From Porphyridium purpureum (taxonomy: Eukaryota), in contig VRMN01000001.1 of NCBI GenBank assembly GCA_008690995.1, forward strand, positions 1,798,001-1,862,000: a stretch of DNA of 64,000 nucleotides, written 5' to 3'. The stretch's first letter is position 1. Each line of letters opens with the position of its first letter. Below, one piece after another: positions 31,371-41,713 of this stretch. Under the pieces are notes generated by a model. It did no database searches and had not been told where the DNA came from. It worked only from the letters and a program-made list of their open reading frames with translations. A program made the translations under genes and the position numbers.

Positions 31371-32972
31371 ATGGAGCGAACTGAGGGAAGCATGAGGCGG
31401 AGAAGTGGGAGACATCGAGTGGGCGGTGCATGTGGAATGGGTATGGTGGTGGTTTTGATGCTTGTTGGATTGATTTGCGCGTCTCGAGGTGGCGCGACGA
31501 GGCTTCCGCAGGAAGAGGGGAAGCGCAGTCGTGCGCCGGGGCTGAATGGTGCCATGTGGAACGATGGCGTGTCAGAGCTCGGCACGCGACGGTCGGGCAT
31601 GGCGCACGGCGCACAGCGTATTGTGAATGGCAAGCCCGCAGATCAAGGGGAGTACCCGTGGTTTACGGAGTTGTTCATTCAGTACGCCGACTTGAATACG
31701 CAGCTTACCTGCGGCGGCACGCTCGTCGCCTCGCGCTGGGTCTTGACTGCTGCGCATTGCATTCCGCTGGACGAAGGTATTCCATCTGGGATTGTCGTAT
31801 TGTATGACTCAATCGATACCGAGACAGGCAGCGAGGCCTTTGCCGTCAACGTGTACATACACCCCAACTGGAACGAAGTCTTGTTTGAATGGGATGCCGC
31901 CTTGATCGAACTCAGTGAAGACGTCAGCATTTCTACGTACGCACGGATTTTTGGCTTGGATACATCGGCAACTGGCGTGGATCTCGTCGGTGAGAGATCG
32001 ACCATCATTGGATTTGGGGATGTCGTTTCTGGCGGCCAAGGCTCAAACATTCTTCTAGAAGAGGATCTGTTCGTAGAGCCGGATAGCCTGTGCCGCGCCC
32101 TGTACAGCTTTCGTTTCCAATCAGAAAGTATGCTCTGCGCTGGGTATGAGCCTGAACCTCCCGCAGATACATGCCAGGGCGACAGCGGTGGTCCGCTGAT
32201 TCTCGGTGACGACACCGGAGAGAGTTCCCAAGACCGTCTTCAAATTGGAATAGTTTCCTTCGGAATTGGCTGTGCAGACCCTGATTATCCAGCTGCCGTG
32301 TACACGCGCCTTTCAGCGATAACAAGGTGGCTTGGTTGTGTGTTGCAGAGGCCCGGTTACGAAGATTGCGCTGATGAGTTTGAGCCCGATGTGCAAATTG
32401 AACGTGGTAATGGAGGTGGACTGGAGACTTGCTTCCCGGCGAACGGGCTCGTCGAGATGGAGGATGGCTCGTTCAAGCGAATGGATGCACTGAAAATAGG
32501 TGACATGGTGCGTGTGTCGTCTGAAGCCTTTAGCCCAGTTGTATTCTGGGGACACCACGATGCAGAAAGCGTCCACAGCGACTTTGTCCGAATCCAGCTC
32601 GAGCATCACAGCTTGACTGTCACCAGTGGGCATCTTGTTTACGCGAACGGTAAGCTGGTTGTGGCTGGGAGCGTCCAGCCTGGCGACATAATGATCACGG
32701 GAACCGGTGAAAGTGCGAGTGTTCTTTCGGTGCGTCGAAATGTGCGCGCCAAGGGGCTGTACAATCCGCACACTGCGCACGGTGACATCGTCGTGGATGG
32801 TGTGAGCGCATCGTGCTACACGCGATGGGTCGCTCCGGGTCTCGGTCACGCGCTACTGATCATTGAGCGCTTTTCGCGGAAGCTTTTTGGCCTGTCGCTC
32901 TTGGACACCTGGCTCGATGCCAACGCGCTATCCATTCCGCACCACTTGCTGCAAAGCACAGTTGCGTTCTAA
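31371..32972 (+). CDS. Secreted S1 (trypsin-like) serine protease fused to a C-terminal Hedgehog-type Hint domain
   Basis: Hydrophobic signal segment, activation site R|IVNG at 31620, CGGTL, TAAHC, WDAAL and DTCQGDSGGPL. From 32430: CFP...DGSFKRM-x-x-L-x-IGD-x-V...LTVTSGHLVY...A-x-x-V-x-x-GD...GLYNPHTAHGDIVVDGVSASCY, then a hydrophobic tail. Start may be a later ATG (31438). Confidence 0.92.
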   Translation: MERTEGSMRRRSGRHRVGGACGMGMVVVLMLVGLICASRGGATRLPQEEGKRSRAPGLNGAMWNDGVSELGTRRSGMAHGAQRIVNGKPADQGEYPWFTELFIQYADLNTQLTCGGTLVASRWVLTAAHCIPLDEGIPSGIVVLYDSIDTETGSEAFAVNVYIHPNWNEVLFEWDAALIELSEDVSISTYARIFGLDTSATGVDLVGERSTIIGFGDVVSGGQGSNILLEEDLFVEPDSLCRALYSFRFQSESMLCAGYEPEPPADTCQGDSGGPLILGDDTGESSQDRLQIGIVSFGIGCADPDYPAAVYTRLSAITRWLGCVLQRPGYEDCADEFEPDVQIERGNGGGLETCFPANGLVEMEDGSFKRMDALKIGDMVRVSSEAFSPVVFWGHHDAESVHSDFVRIQLEHHSLTVTSGHLVYANGKLVVAGSVQPGDIMITGTGESASVLSVRRNVRAKGLYNPHTAHGDIVVDGVSASCYTRWVAPGLGHALLIIERFSRKLFGLSLLDTWLDANALSIPHHLLQSTVAF

Positions 32973-35900
32973 TGCGTCTTGGTTGGGTGCAGGCGGGCAT
33001 AATTTAGCTTCCAAAGAGTAGCCGGAAAGCTCGTTCCGCTGAGACCGAGAGGCGAGCGTACGTCCGATCCTATACCGCACATAGCCAGGAATCCGGGCAC
33101 GCTCTCGCTTGAGCCTCCGCATCGTGCCCTTTGGCGGTGTGCGGCCCCACCCGTTGCTGTGTCCTATTTAGTTTGCATACGTGCAGTTTTGGCGGCACTG
33201 TCAGCACGCGAGATAAATATCGCGCTTATTCTCTCGCGCAGTCGTAGTTCTCGTCTGGCTTGTGCAGTTTTCCTTATTGGTCATAAACTAATCCTTCAAT
33301 ATCGTTCCCAGTCAACGAAAGATTCACCAATTGGCCGTCCAGAGGGTCGCACAACGGGTCGTTGTTGACCTGTGATGAGACGCTTTGCAGATCAGCGTTT
33401 TTTCCCCCACCACGGACACATGATATCTGCGAGCCATCCGGATTACGCGCCGATCTCGCCATGGTATCTTTCTCGCTTGCGCCGCCAGCGGTCTTTTCGG
33501 GGTCTTCAGTGGCACCGTGCTCACGTTCTGGCGGGATCCAACTTTGACACCCCGGTGGGATCACCATTCTTTTAGTGCGACAGGAGGTTTGAACTATTGC
33601 CAACATGTCGTTGTTGAACACCATCGCAAGCACAACGCTCACGCGAGTCGCACGACCGCGTCACAAATATCCCGCCGTGACACTTTGAGCAAATGCTGAA
33701 CATCGCGGACCCTTCTGCTTGGTCCTTCTCGGATCCACAGACAAGATGATGTCCATTAAAACCTAATTCTTGGGCACAGCCGCACGTTGAAGCTCCTGCA
33801 TCAGACCTGTCGCAAGCGTGCACTGGGCCCGCGTCGAGCCGTTTTCGTCTTTGAAAACTTCAAAGCATGTCTGCGTGCAAAAGAAAGCATGCTGCGTGCG
33901 TTCAGTCGTGTTGTTGCGCATCCACAAAAGCCCGGGCGTTCCGCCACTATCTAAGCACATCCCAAACCCAATCAACGTGCGAGGAGCATTCCGATCGCGC
34001 TCCAGGTACGCGCGCTCTTTGGCTTCGAATCAAGCAGTTTTGACAGAGCTCAGGCTTCGACCCGTGCCGTCTGATGGAGTTGAGTGCAAGCACCACCGAC
34101 CTTGCCCCTTTGCATTCCAAACCTCAATCGTTTGCTCGTGAAACGTCGGCTTGCGACGCGGCGTTCGGGCTGGTCTACCGGAACCGTAGTCCCGTCTGCT
34201 TTCCTTTCGTCAATCCTTTTCCTGGTCATTGTGCACGATGTTATCAATCATTGAGTTATCTCGCTCGTATGCTCCGGGAAGAAATGCATGCCTGGCGTTC
34301 GGGTCCATGTCCAAAACACGCACGGGGTTGCCCACGAAGGGCTCGCAGGTTGGGACAGCCACGCGCACTCATCTCACTTGCTGGACATGTGTCGAGGTGT
34401 CGCGAAAACGGACACATGAAGCCCTGATTGGAGCCCCAAAGACATTGGCGCGATGGCATCTACGTGCAACTGCGGGCGCATGAGTACTTCAACAGTCAGA
34501 CGCGGACTACAACCGCGATCAGGCTCCACGGGATTGCAGAGATTCGACCCAACAATACAGGCGAACACCAAATGGACTTTGCCGTTTTCCTCTGGCACGC
34601 CGAGAACGAAGAAAAACAAAAGAAACCATCATGCGTTCATGGCACACGCAAGCGAGGCTGTTCAGCCATGACATTCCTCTGCAGTGACATTCGCACCATA
34701 TTCAATCACCGCTGCAACGCGCGCCTCGTGCTGTGGATCTGCCGCGGTTAACCAGGCTGTGCAGCCATCGCGATCCAAAGTATTTACGTCGGCTCTTTCC
34801 GTCGCTCGTCCTGCGCGCACTGGCGAATGAGTCAAGTTGCCACAACACGTGGGCGTGCATGGGATGCAAGCAGTAGACGCGCGCTAGCGTAGCAAGTCAG
34901 CATAGATTCGTGCGCGCGCACGAGGGCAGCTTCTGTACCGAACGTGTCTGGTGCGTAACCAATTAATAGGTGGTCGATCGCTCACATGCTGGCGTCACAT
35001 TCACCCCGATACATATTCGAGGAACACTTTGCGTACTGACCGAATGACTCGCGGACCATTCGGCGCGGCGTCGTCGGGCTGAGAGCCGGTGGTCGGGAGA
35101 TGATTCCTTGCAAGCACGAGCTCGGATCTTATCATATTTTCGATCTCAATGCGGCCATGAACGTATCTGTTGTTGACGGGTGTGCGGGCATCGACGCTCT
35201 GCGCGGTGGCGCCGAACTTTCCTAGCACCCGAGGTTTCGACCTTTTCGCAACCTCTGATCGCGTGCGTGATATTGGTCCACCCCTCTTATCCTGCAGGAT
35301 CGCATCGATGAGATGGTTGCAAATCTGTCGGCGTCGGTGCGTCGCAAGAAAGTCGATGAATGGACCCAGGCTACTTTGCATCCGCCAGTGTGTCTCAACG
35401 GCACCAATTACAGCAACTCGGGAACGTGTTGCGCGGCTAATCGTCGTTCATACTTCCTCGCCTCGTACCGTGGATTGGGCGCCGAGCGAATGAGTCTTCG
35501 AGGCGTTGACCATGAAGCGCATGCGGTGGATGCAGACAACACAAAAGAAGAGTAGCGCCGCGCGGCAGTTGCCGCTGGCGGTGAGCGACAGCAGGAAGGA
35601 CGCGGCCTTCATTACCACGCACGAGTGCATGCTTCAGGGCGGGCGGATTCATTTACGGAGGAGGCAGCGACGAATCGCCATGATGTGATCGGAATGTAAG
35701 TCACGCACGCTACTTCATTCGCCGGTCACCGCTAGGCACGGGACCGGACACGAGCCAGCAGACAGGATCATTGTGTGTCTCTGACATAGGCTTGACAAGT
35801 AATGGTCGTGCGACTGGGCGAGCTCCATTGCTTTGTCTCATGTGCCTGCCTCCGCCGAATGATAGCGCCAAGCGGACGAGGCGGGAAAGACGCCCGTGCG

Positions 35901-37712
35901 TGCCGCATGCACGACAGCGCAGCTGCGCATCCAAGAAAGATTTTTGATTTATGCTTTGCGGGGGAAAACTCGCCCGGCCCGCGCGACTTTTCGATCGGTG
36001 ACGACAATCAAAGCCCGTGGAAGAGCCCGGGCACCTCGCAGCCGCGCTCGGCCGGTGCGACGTCTCAGTCGGCGACGGCAATCAAGGTCCATGCAAGAAC
36101 CCGAGGGCCTCGCAACCGCGTTCGACCTTCAGCGACGTCTCTGCAACGGTTTTCGCGCATCGTCCCGCCTCATCCCCATCGGATGCGCTTACACAAGCCG
36201 CTGCTCCGCCACTGCCTATCCGCGCGGAAATCCCTCGAGAGTCAGAAAGAATGTTGGCCATCAGCACCGCCATGATGCTCGCTGCGAGTCGCACGCGCGT
36301 GCCCCGTTATTTCAGTATTCCCCCGGTGCGCTCAACCCTGATGCTCAACGAGCCTTCGCGATCGATCATCAACTCTCAACCGAATCGAAATTCCGAACTT
36401 CTTGTTGCGCCTACAGATCCTTCATCGTGCTGCGCGTGTTGCCGTAACCCTCGTCCCAAAAAAAGCTTGCCTTGGCGAGCTGAATCCTACGCACTCCCTC
36501 TCACAACTCACACCAGCTCACGACTCATATTCTACGCTCACGGCGCCGAATCCCTGCCGCGCGCGCATGTACGAACAAAGCAGCGCATGCCGACGCCAGC
36601 GAGAAGTGAGCGGCAGATATTTTCATGGCGCATGTGTGTGGCTGAAGCCGCTCGGGCGAGAAAACGGAGCGAGAAAAACAAATGCAACACACCAAAAAGC
36701 GGCGTGCTTTACATCTTTCTCTCTATCTCTCTCCTTTTCTCTCCGCGCATGCCTTCTGTGGCGTGTGCATCATGAGGACAACGATGAATGATCGAATCCA
36801 ATCCGATCCTCTTGTTGGTTTGTGCGTCGTCGCTTAAACAAGTTTGTATGTTTGTGTGTATCAAATCCACGATCCCACCACCAACTCTCCCCTCCTTCAA
36901 TCACGCCCACACAGCGATCCAACGCACAACCGCGTGGAGGATTATCATAAACCACGTGGAATTTTCTATGCACACGCCCACCAAACCCTCTTAAACAATC
37001 ACACAAACACACACAAAGAACTTTTACATGATTAGATTGTGGTTATGATGGTTTTAAGATGGTTTTACTATGGTGTTCTTGTGGTTTGTGAAGGGGGGGG
37101 GGGTTAGGTGTATGTTTTTTCCTATGTTTTGGCGCTTTGGGATGATGATAATGACGATGAAAGGTATCTAACTATCAAGGCGGCTGGTTTTTAGTAGACA
37201 CAGATTCCGATATCGACGTGTGTTTTTGGGGTATGTGCGAGACGTGTTGTCGATCGATATTTTTTTTATGTTCGGTGGTACCGGAATGGCTGCGTTTTAT
37301 GCTGTTGGTGGTGCGACTGGGTTGTGGGAAAGTTGTTGAGGAGGTGCCGCTGTTGAAGAGGAAGATGATGATGCAGGGGTCGGGGGTGTGAATGAAGAAG
37401 GGGGAAACTTGCATGAAGAGACGGGAAGGTGTTGAACAGTGTGAGCTGGCAACGCGTGCAGAGGTAGACGCGCGTGTGGCAGTATTTTGTGACGACGTGA
37501 GTGGCGCCCGCGCTGAGAAGATCGGGAGCGGCGCGACGTGTGGCGGCGGCAGTGCGTCGCAGTGGCACGGCTCTTGCGACGCGAGATAAGTGCTGGGAGC
37601 GAAGCGGTTCTGCGGCGAGTCGGCGACCGCAATCGGGCACGCGCAGCTGTGTGTGTGTGTGTGTCGATTTGTTTGGCGCGCAGGAAGGAGGGGTTTGCAG
37701 TCGCTGTCAAGG

Positions 37713-38987
37713 ATGGAGGGCGCGAATAAGTGGGACGCCGTGTCCGCTGCGTCGTCCGGGTCGCGGCACTCAGCCTCTCGAACGCCGGCGGGAGTCCACG
37801 TCGATCTCGCATATGGAGAGCCATCGTCCGGGAGCGACCTGCTCAACAAGGACCAGTCTGCTCCGCTGGTGAAAGGGCCATGGACGAAAGAGGAGGACCA
37901 GACGCTGATTGAGCTGGTGAATGCGGAAGGCCCCAAGAACTGGACCAAGCTCGCCATGAAACTCACAAAGCGCAGCGGCAAGCAGTGCCGCGAGCGCTGG
38001 CTGAACCATCTCAACCCGGACATCAAGAAGGACGCATGGAGCCCCGAGGAGGACGCAAAAATGTACTTGCTGCACCAGGAAATGGGCAATCGCTGGGCCG
38101 AGATTGCAAAGGAGCTGCCAGGCCGGACGGACAACGCTATCAAGAACCGATGGAATTCAACGGTGAAGAAATATGAGCTCAGTGAGGTTCTGAATGGTGT
38201 CGGCGGGGCCGTTCTTCCCGCCGTCACAGCCGCGCTCGCTCTAGCGTCGCCGGTGGCGGTCTCGCCCGTCTCGAGTGCCGCTCCGGCGTCTCCGGTACCA
38301 AGTCTGGATAGCTCCGCAGTGGGAGGCGTGTCATTAGCTGCCAGGACAGGAAGCGGACCGGCCGCGACGACATCAAGCGTGAAGCGCAGCTTGTCCATGG
38401 CTGCATCTTCTGACAGGCCTGGGACAGGGTCAGCTGCTGTGCATGAGGCCAAAAAGCGAAGAAAGAGTATGGTTGCCGTCGTCAATGAATTCCCCTTCAG
38501 TGCTCTTTCCAAGGCGGCCAGAGAATCAGTGCCCACACTCAAGCTGACCGATCAGCTGCCACAGAACACGCAGCTCTCGCACGATAATCAACAATCGCAC
38601 TTTCTTTGCGGCACAACGATAGATGGCGTGCATGCGCTTTGCGATCCGGTCTATGAAGAGTCAGAATCGGATTTGTCGACCAACTTGTCCGTACACGATC
38701 TTGACCTTCCGGAGTCAAGTATGAAGGAAGGCAGCGAGTCTCTGTACGTCAAGTCCCTGGACAGTTTCGACCTGGATGGCGCAGCTTTATCGCACGACCC
38801 TCAGTTTGAGTTTTCTCCTTGTGCGTCCATGGCGTCGCTGGCGGAAGTTGGCGAAATTCTCGATGTGGAGGGGCATGTAGATATGGACCCGGTTTGTCTC
38901 GACCATTTGACGCATACCGAGATGCTAGGTCCGTTGTCTGACGGGGACTTGGCGTTCGAGTCACTAGTGTTTCCGTCGGCAGTGTGA
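37713..38987 (+). CDS. R2R3-type MYB transcription factor
   Basis: KGPWTKEED...WTKLA...[16 protein letters not shown] and WSPEED...[25 protein letters not shown]. Acidic C-terminus. Confidence 0.95.
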   Translation: MEGANKWDAVSAASSGSRHSASRTPAGVHVDLAYGEPSSGSDLLNKDQSAPLVKGPWTKEEDQTLIELVNAEGPKNWTKLAMKLTKRSGKQCRERWLNHLNPDIKKDAWSPEEDAKMYLLHQEMGNRWAEIAKELPGRTDNAIKNRWNSTVKKYELSEVLNGVGGAVLPAVTAALALASPVAVSPVSSAAPASPVPSLDSSAVGGVSLAARTGSGPAATTSSVKRSLSMAASSDRPGTGSAAVHEAKKRRKSMVAVVNEFPFSALSKAARESVPTLKLTDQLPQNTQLSHDNQQSHFLCGTTIDGVHALCDPVYEESESDLSTNLSVHDLDLPESSMKEGSESLYVKSLDSFDLDGAALSHDPQFEFSPCASMASLAEVGEILDVEGHVDMDPVCLDHLTHTEMLGPLSDGDLAFESLVFPSAV

Positions 38988-39450
38988 TTCGAGCGTTTTC
39001 GGGCTCTCTCTTGGTACGCGTGCCGTCTGTTTGTTCCGTGTCGCTGTATCTTCGTGGTCAAGGTTTTAAGAGAAAAGCATGGACGATGGTTTGATGTGAA
39101 ACGTCCATTCTTCTTTGGTCTTGGGGTGAGGAGAAATGCCGTCACGAAGAGCTTTTTGTGTCTTCTTGTCTTTGTCTTTGTTGTTTGTGCGTGTCAGAGG
39201 CACGTGCTTTAATGTTTGAGATGTGATCTCCCTAAAGCCGGGCTTGTTCATGCGCATGTGTGCGCGTGTTGATTGTGGCACGCCCGGCTGGGTACTTGAA
39301 CCTTGGATTTAATTTATTTTATTGGTTTCTGCTCTTCAATTCGTTTCTACTAGTCAACACTCTTCTGGTCGTTCCCGACCTGCTGTATCGCTTGTTCTTT
39401 TCGCCTGGCACACACATCAGCTGCGGTATGAAGCCTCGTGTTCGCCTTCA

Positions 39451-41166
39451 TCATCTTAGCACATTTGCCGTGACATCGTTTGGCAGCACGCAAACAATCT
39501 TTTGCAAACTGTTGTACGCGAACTCGTCCGCCACGACGTCATCACGATACCGCTTGATCTGATAGGCGTTTTTGCGGCCGAGCTTGACCTGGCGCAAATT
39601 CCACTTGATGATAAATGGCCCCGTGCTCGTGAGAATGTAGCTCTCCAGACTCGAGCCCGCGTTGAAGTGAGCTGGCGTAAAGTCAACGTCGCGTATCCGG
39701 TGCGCAATCACATCCTCGGGGCGCAGACTGAGCCGGATTGGTGGTGGCTTGTTCTTGCCCATGCTTTTCAGGAAGCCGCCTTTCTCCTCACCATGCACGC
39801 GTGTGTCTATGAGCATCAAAAAGTCTTTGGTGGTCGCGAGAACAAAAGATCCGTCCTCCGTCACATCGACGCTCTTGATCTTGACGCCAAGCCCAGGAAG
39901 ATAGGTTTTCGCGTTCTTGCCAATTTGATCGTACAGCCGAATGTCGCCATTATCCGAAGCCACCGCAACGTAACCAGATCCGGTTGAGGCCATGGATGAT
40001 AGTTGCGCGCGCGTGCCTTTGGCATAATTTTTGCTTTGCACGATCAGCTCCTTTGTCCGCGGGTCCATACGCATCAGGCCATTCTGGTTCAGCCCGAGGA
40101 ATTCTGGGTTTGGAGTCAGATTGGCGTACTTCTCCGTGCGCGAAATGTTGCTGACTCCAGATGCCAGCCCGGACCACTCGTCAACTACAGCACCGCGCTC
40201 CAGGTCCATCCGCATTACCGAGTTTGGATTACTCGGATCCAAGAGCAGCATGTTTGAGTCCTGTTCGTGCAAAAGAATCTGCGATGGCTTAAAAGCCATT
40301 TTCCCTTTGTTCTGGAAGCTGAGCATGCTCTGATAGTCCATGCCATCTTCGCCAGTCTTGAAGACGCCCATACGCGTACCGCGCACGACAAATGCACGTT
40401 CGTTGGCGTAGCCCACGGCCAAATGACTGTTTTTCGTGGAGGCGTCCTCGTCGTCGTCCCCGTCTGCTCCCTCGCGCGACCCGCCGACGCGTACGCCCGA
40501 TTTAGCATCACCAAGGGACGCGAACCGTTCCACGAGCTCGTCTTTCTCTTTGTCGTCGTCGCTGCCGTCCACGCTCATCATGTCCACATCATCACGCTCG
40601 CTCTCCCGCACCCAACCCTGGTCCTCTGCGGAGAGTTTGTTAAACTCTTTCGCACCGCCATTGTTTGCCTCGTACAAGCATACTGAGAACTGATTGCGCA
40701 TCTGCACAAATTCGCCGGCATTTCGAAACTTGAGCGAAAAGCACTGCGCGAGCTCTGCTTGCTCGTGGCTTTTGGTGTCTTCGCCGCCTTCGCTCTCGGC
40801 GCCCATCACCAGCACCCACACCATCGACAGCTCTTTAGCAAAGAACTGGTGCCTCATATCGTCAGCAATTCTTTGCTGCAGCAAAAGCTTTCTGCGCGGC
40901 TGCGCCATGAGCGTGGCGGCAAAGGCATCCGCCGACGAGGGTGTTGGCTTTGCGCTGTCATCTGGCCCTGGCGTGTCAACAGTCACTTTGAGCATGTACT
41001 CGCGAATTGTGGAAACGCTCTGTTTGGCAGAAGAGGACGCCGAAGCTGCCACCGTCTCGGCGCTCAGTATCACCTTGACGTTTTGGCAACTGGGCACGAA
41101 CTTTTCTTCCTCCCGGTCCCACGCGAACAAGTCGGCGTCGACTAGAATCAGCTCCGTACTCGCCAT
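39451..41166 (-). CDS. VID27: Vid27/CYPRO4-like protein (PH-like domain plus C-terminal beta-propeller)
   Basis: N-terminal PH-like segment (CLYE). NS-x-LAVGY...FVVRG, P-x-x-ILLH-x-x-D, MDLERG-x-VVDEW, R-x-DPR, GDIRLYD...AKT-x-LPGLG, VDVT-x-DG, F-x-PA-x-FN and STGPF. Confidence 0.88.
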   Translation of the reverse strand: MASTELILVDADLFAWDREEEKFVPSCQNVKVILSAETVAASASSSAKQSVSTIREYMLKVTVDTPGPDDSAKPTPSSADAFAATLMAQPRRKLLLQQRIADDMRHQFFAKELSMVWVLVMGAESEGGEDTKSHEQAELAQCFSLKFRNAGEFVQMRNQFSVCLYEANNGGAKEFNKLSAEDQGWVRESERDDVDMMSVDGSDDDKEKDELVERFASLGDAKSGVRVGGSREGADGDDDEDASTKNSHLAVGYANERAFVVRGTRMGVFKTGEDGMDYQSMLSFQNKGKMAFKPSQILLHEQDSNMLLLDPSNPNSVMRMDLERGAVVDEWSGLASGVSNISRTEKYANLTPNPEFLGLNQNGLMRMDPRTKELIVQSKNYAKGTRAQLSSMASTGSGYVAVASDNGDIRLYDQIGKNAKTYLPGLGVKIKSVDVTEDGSFVLATTKDFLMLIDTRVHGEEKGGFLKSMGKNKPPPIRLSLRPEDVIAHRIRDVDFTPAHFNAGSSLESYILTSTGPFIIKWNLRQVKLGRKNAYQIKRYRDDVVADEFAYNSLQKIVCVLPNDVTANVLR

Positions 41167-41713
41167 GTTGAGTGCTCGACCAGTTTAGCCGTTTTGTCCC
41201 GTAACGGTAGATGAGCTCGTTCCTTAACCGCGCAGCTCACGCGACAGTGTCAAATCCCCTAGCCGCGGCAACTCGAGTCCAAGCGACTCAATCCAACTCA
41301 CGTCTAGTTACCACCTCAGCCTTTTTCGTGTCGGTCGCGATGAGAGAAAGAAGAACCCAACTTTTGCTCTTCCGTCGGTGCTCCTTGCTGTCCTTTCTGA
41401 GGGCACGGCTCGGCGTGAAATCCCGAGGGCCCCACCAAAGCCAAACGCCCTGCGGAACGCGACGAGGCACACGACCAACCACGCAGCTGTTCGCAGTCAA
41501 GAAGACAAGAAGACAAGAAGACAAGTAGACCAGTTGCGTCGTCTCCACAACAAGATGGCGTCCCTCACGCGGACGCTTCTCCGCCGCCTGCCGGCATCTT
41601 GACCCGAGTCGCGTTTGTGTCGCACTGCACGTGACGTCAGCGCCGAAATCACAGCAAAGGCTCATTTTCATAAGAAGTTCAAAGTTTCGAAACGGCCTCG
41701 AGGGGGTTGAGTC

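Noticed and set aside
32430..32972. Interpretation of the Hint domain as a protein-splicing intein
   Set aside because: No terminal His-Asn plus Cys/Ser/Thr extein junction and no homing endonuclease. It ends in ASCY plus a tail, as in Hog domains.
37093..37108. Telomere-like GGGTTAGG after a G run
   Set aside because: Single unit only; not an array.
37175..38542. 455-aa minus-strand ORF, and similar long antisense ORFs at 47126..48313, 7558..8529 and 53194..53988
   Set aside because: They shadow well-supported genes on the other strand; expected from GC-rich codon usage; no motifs.
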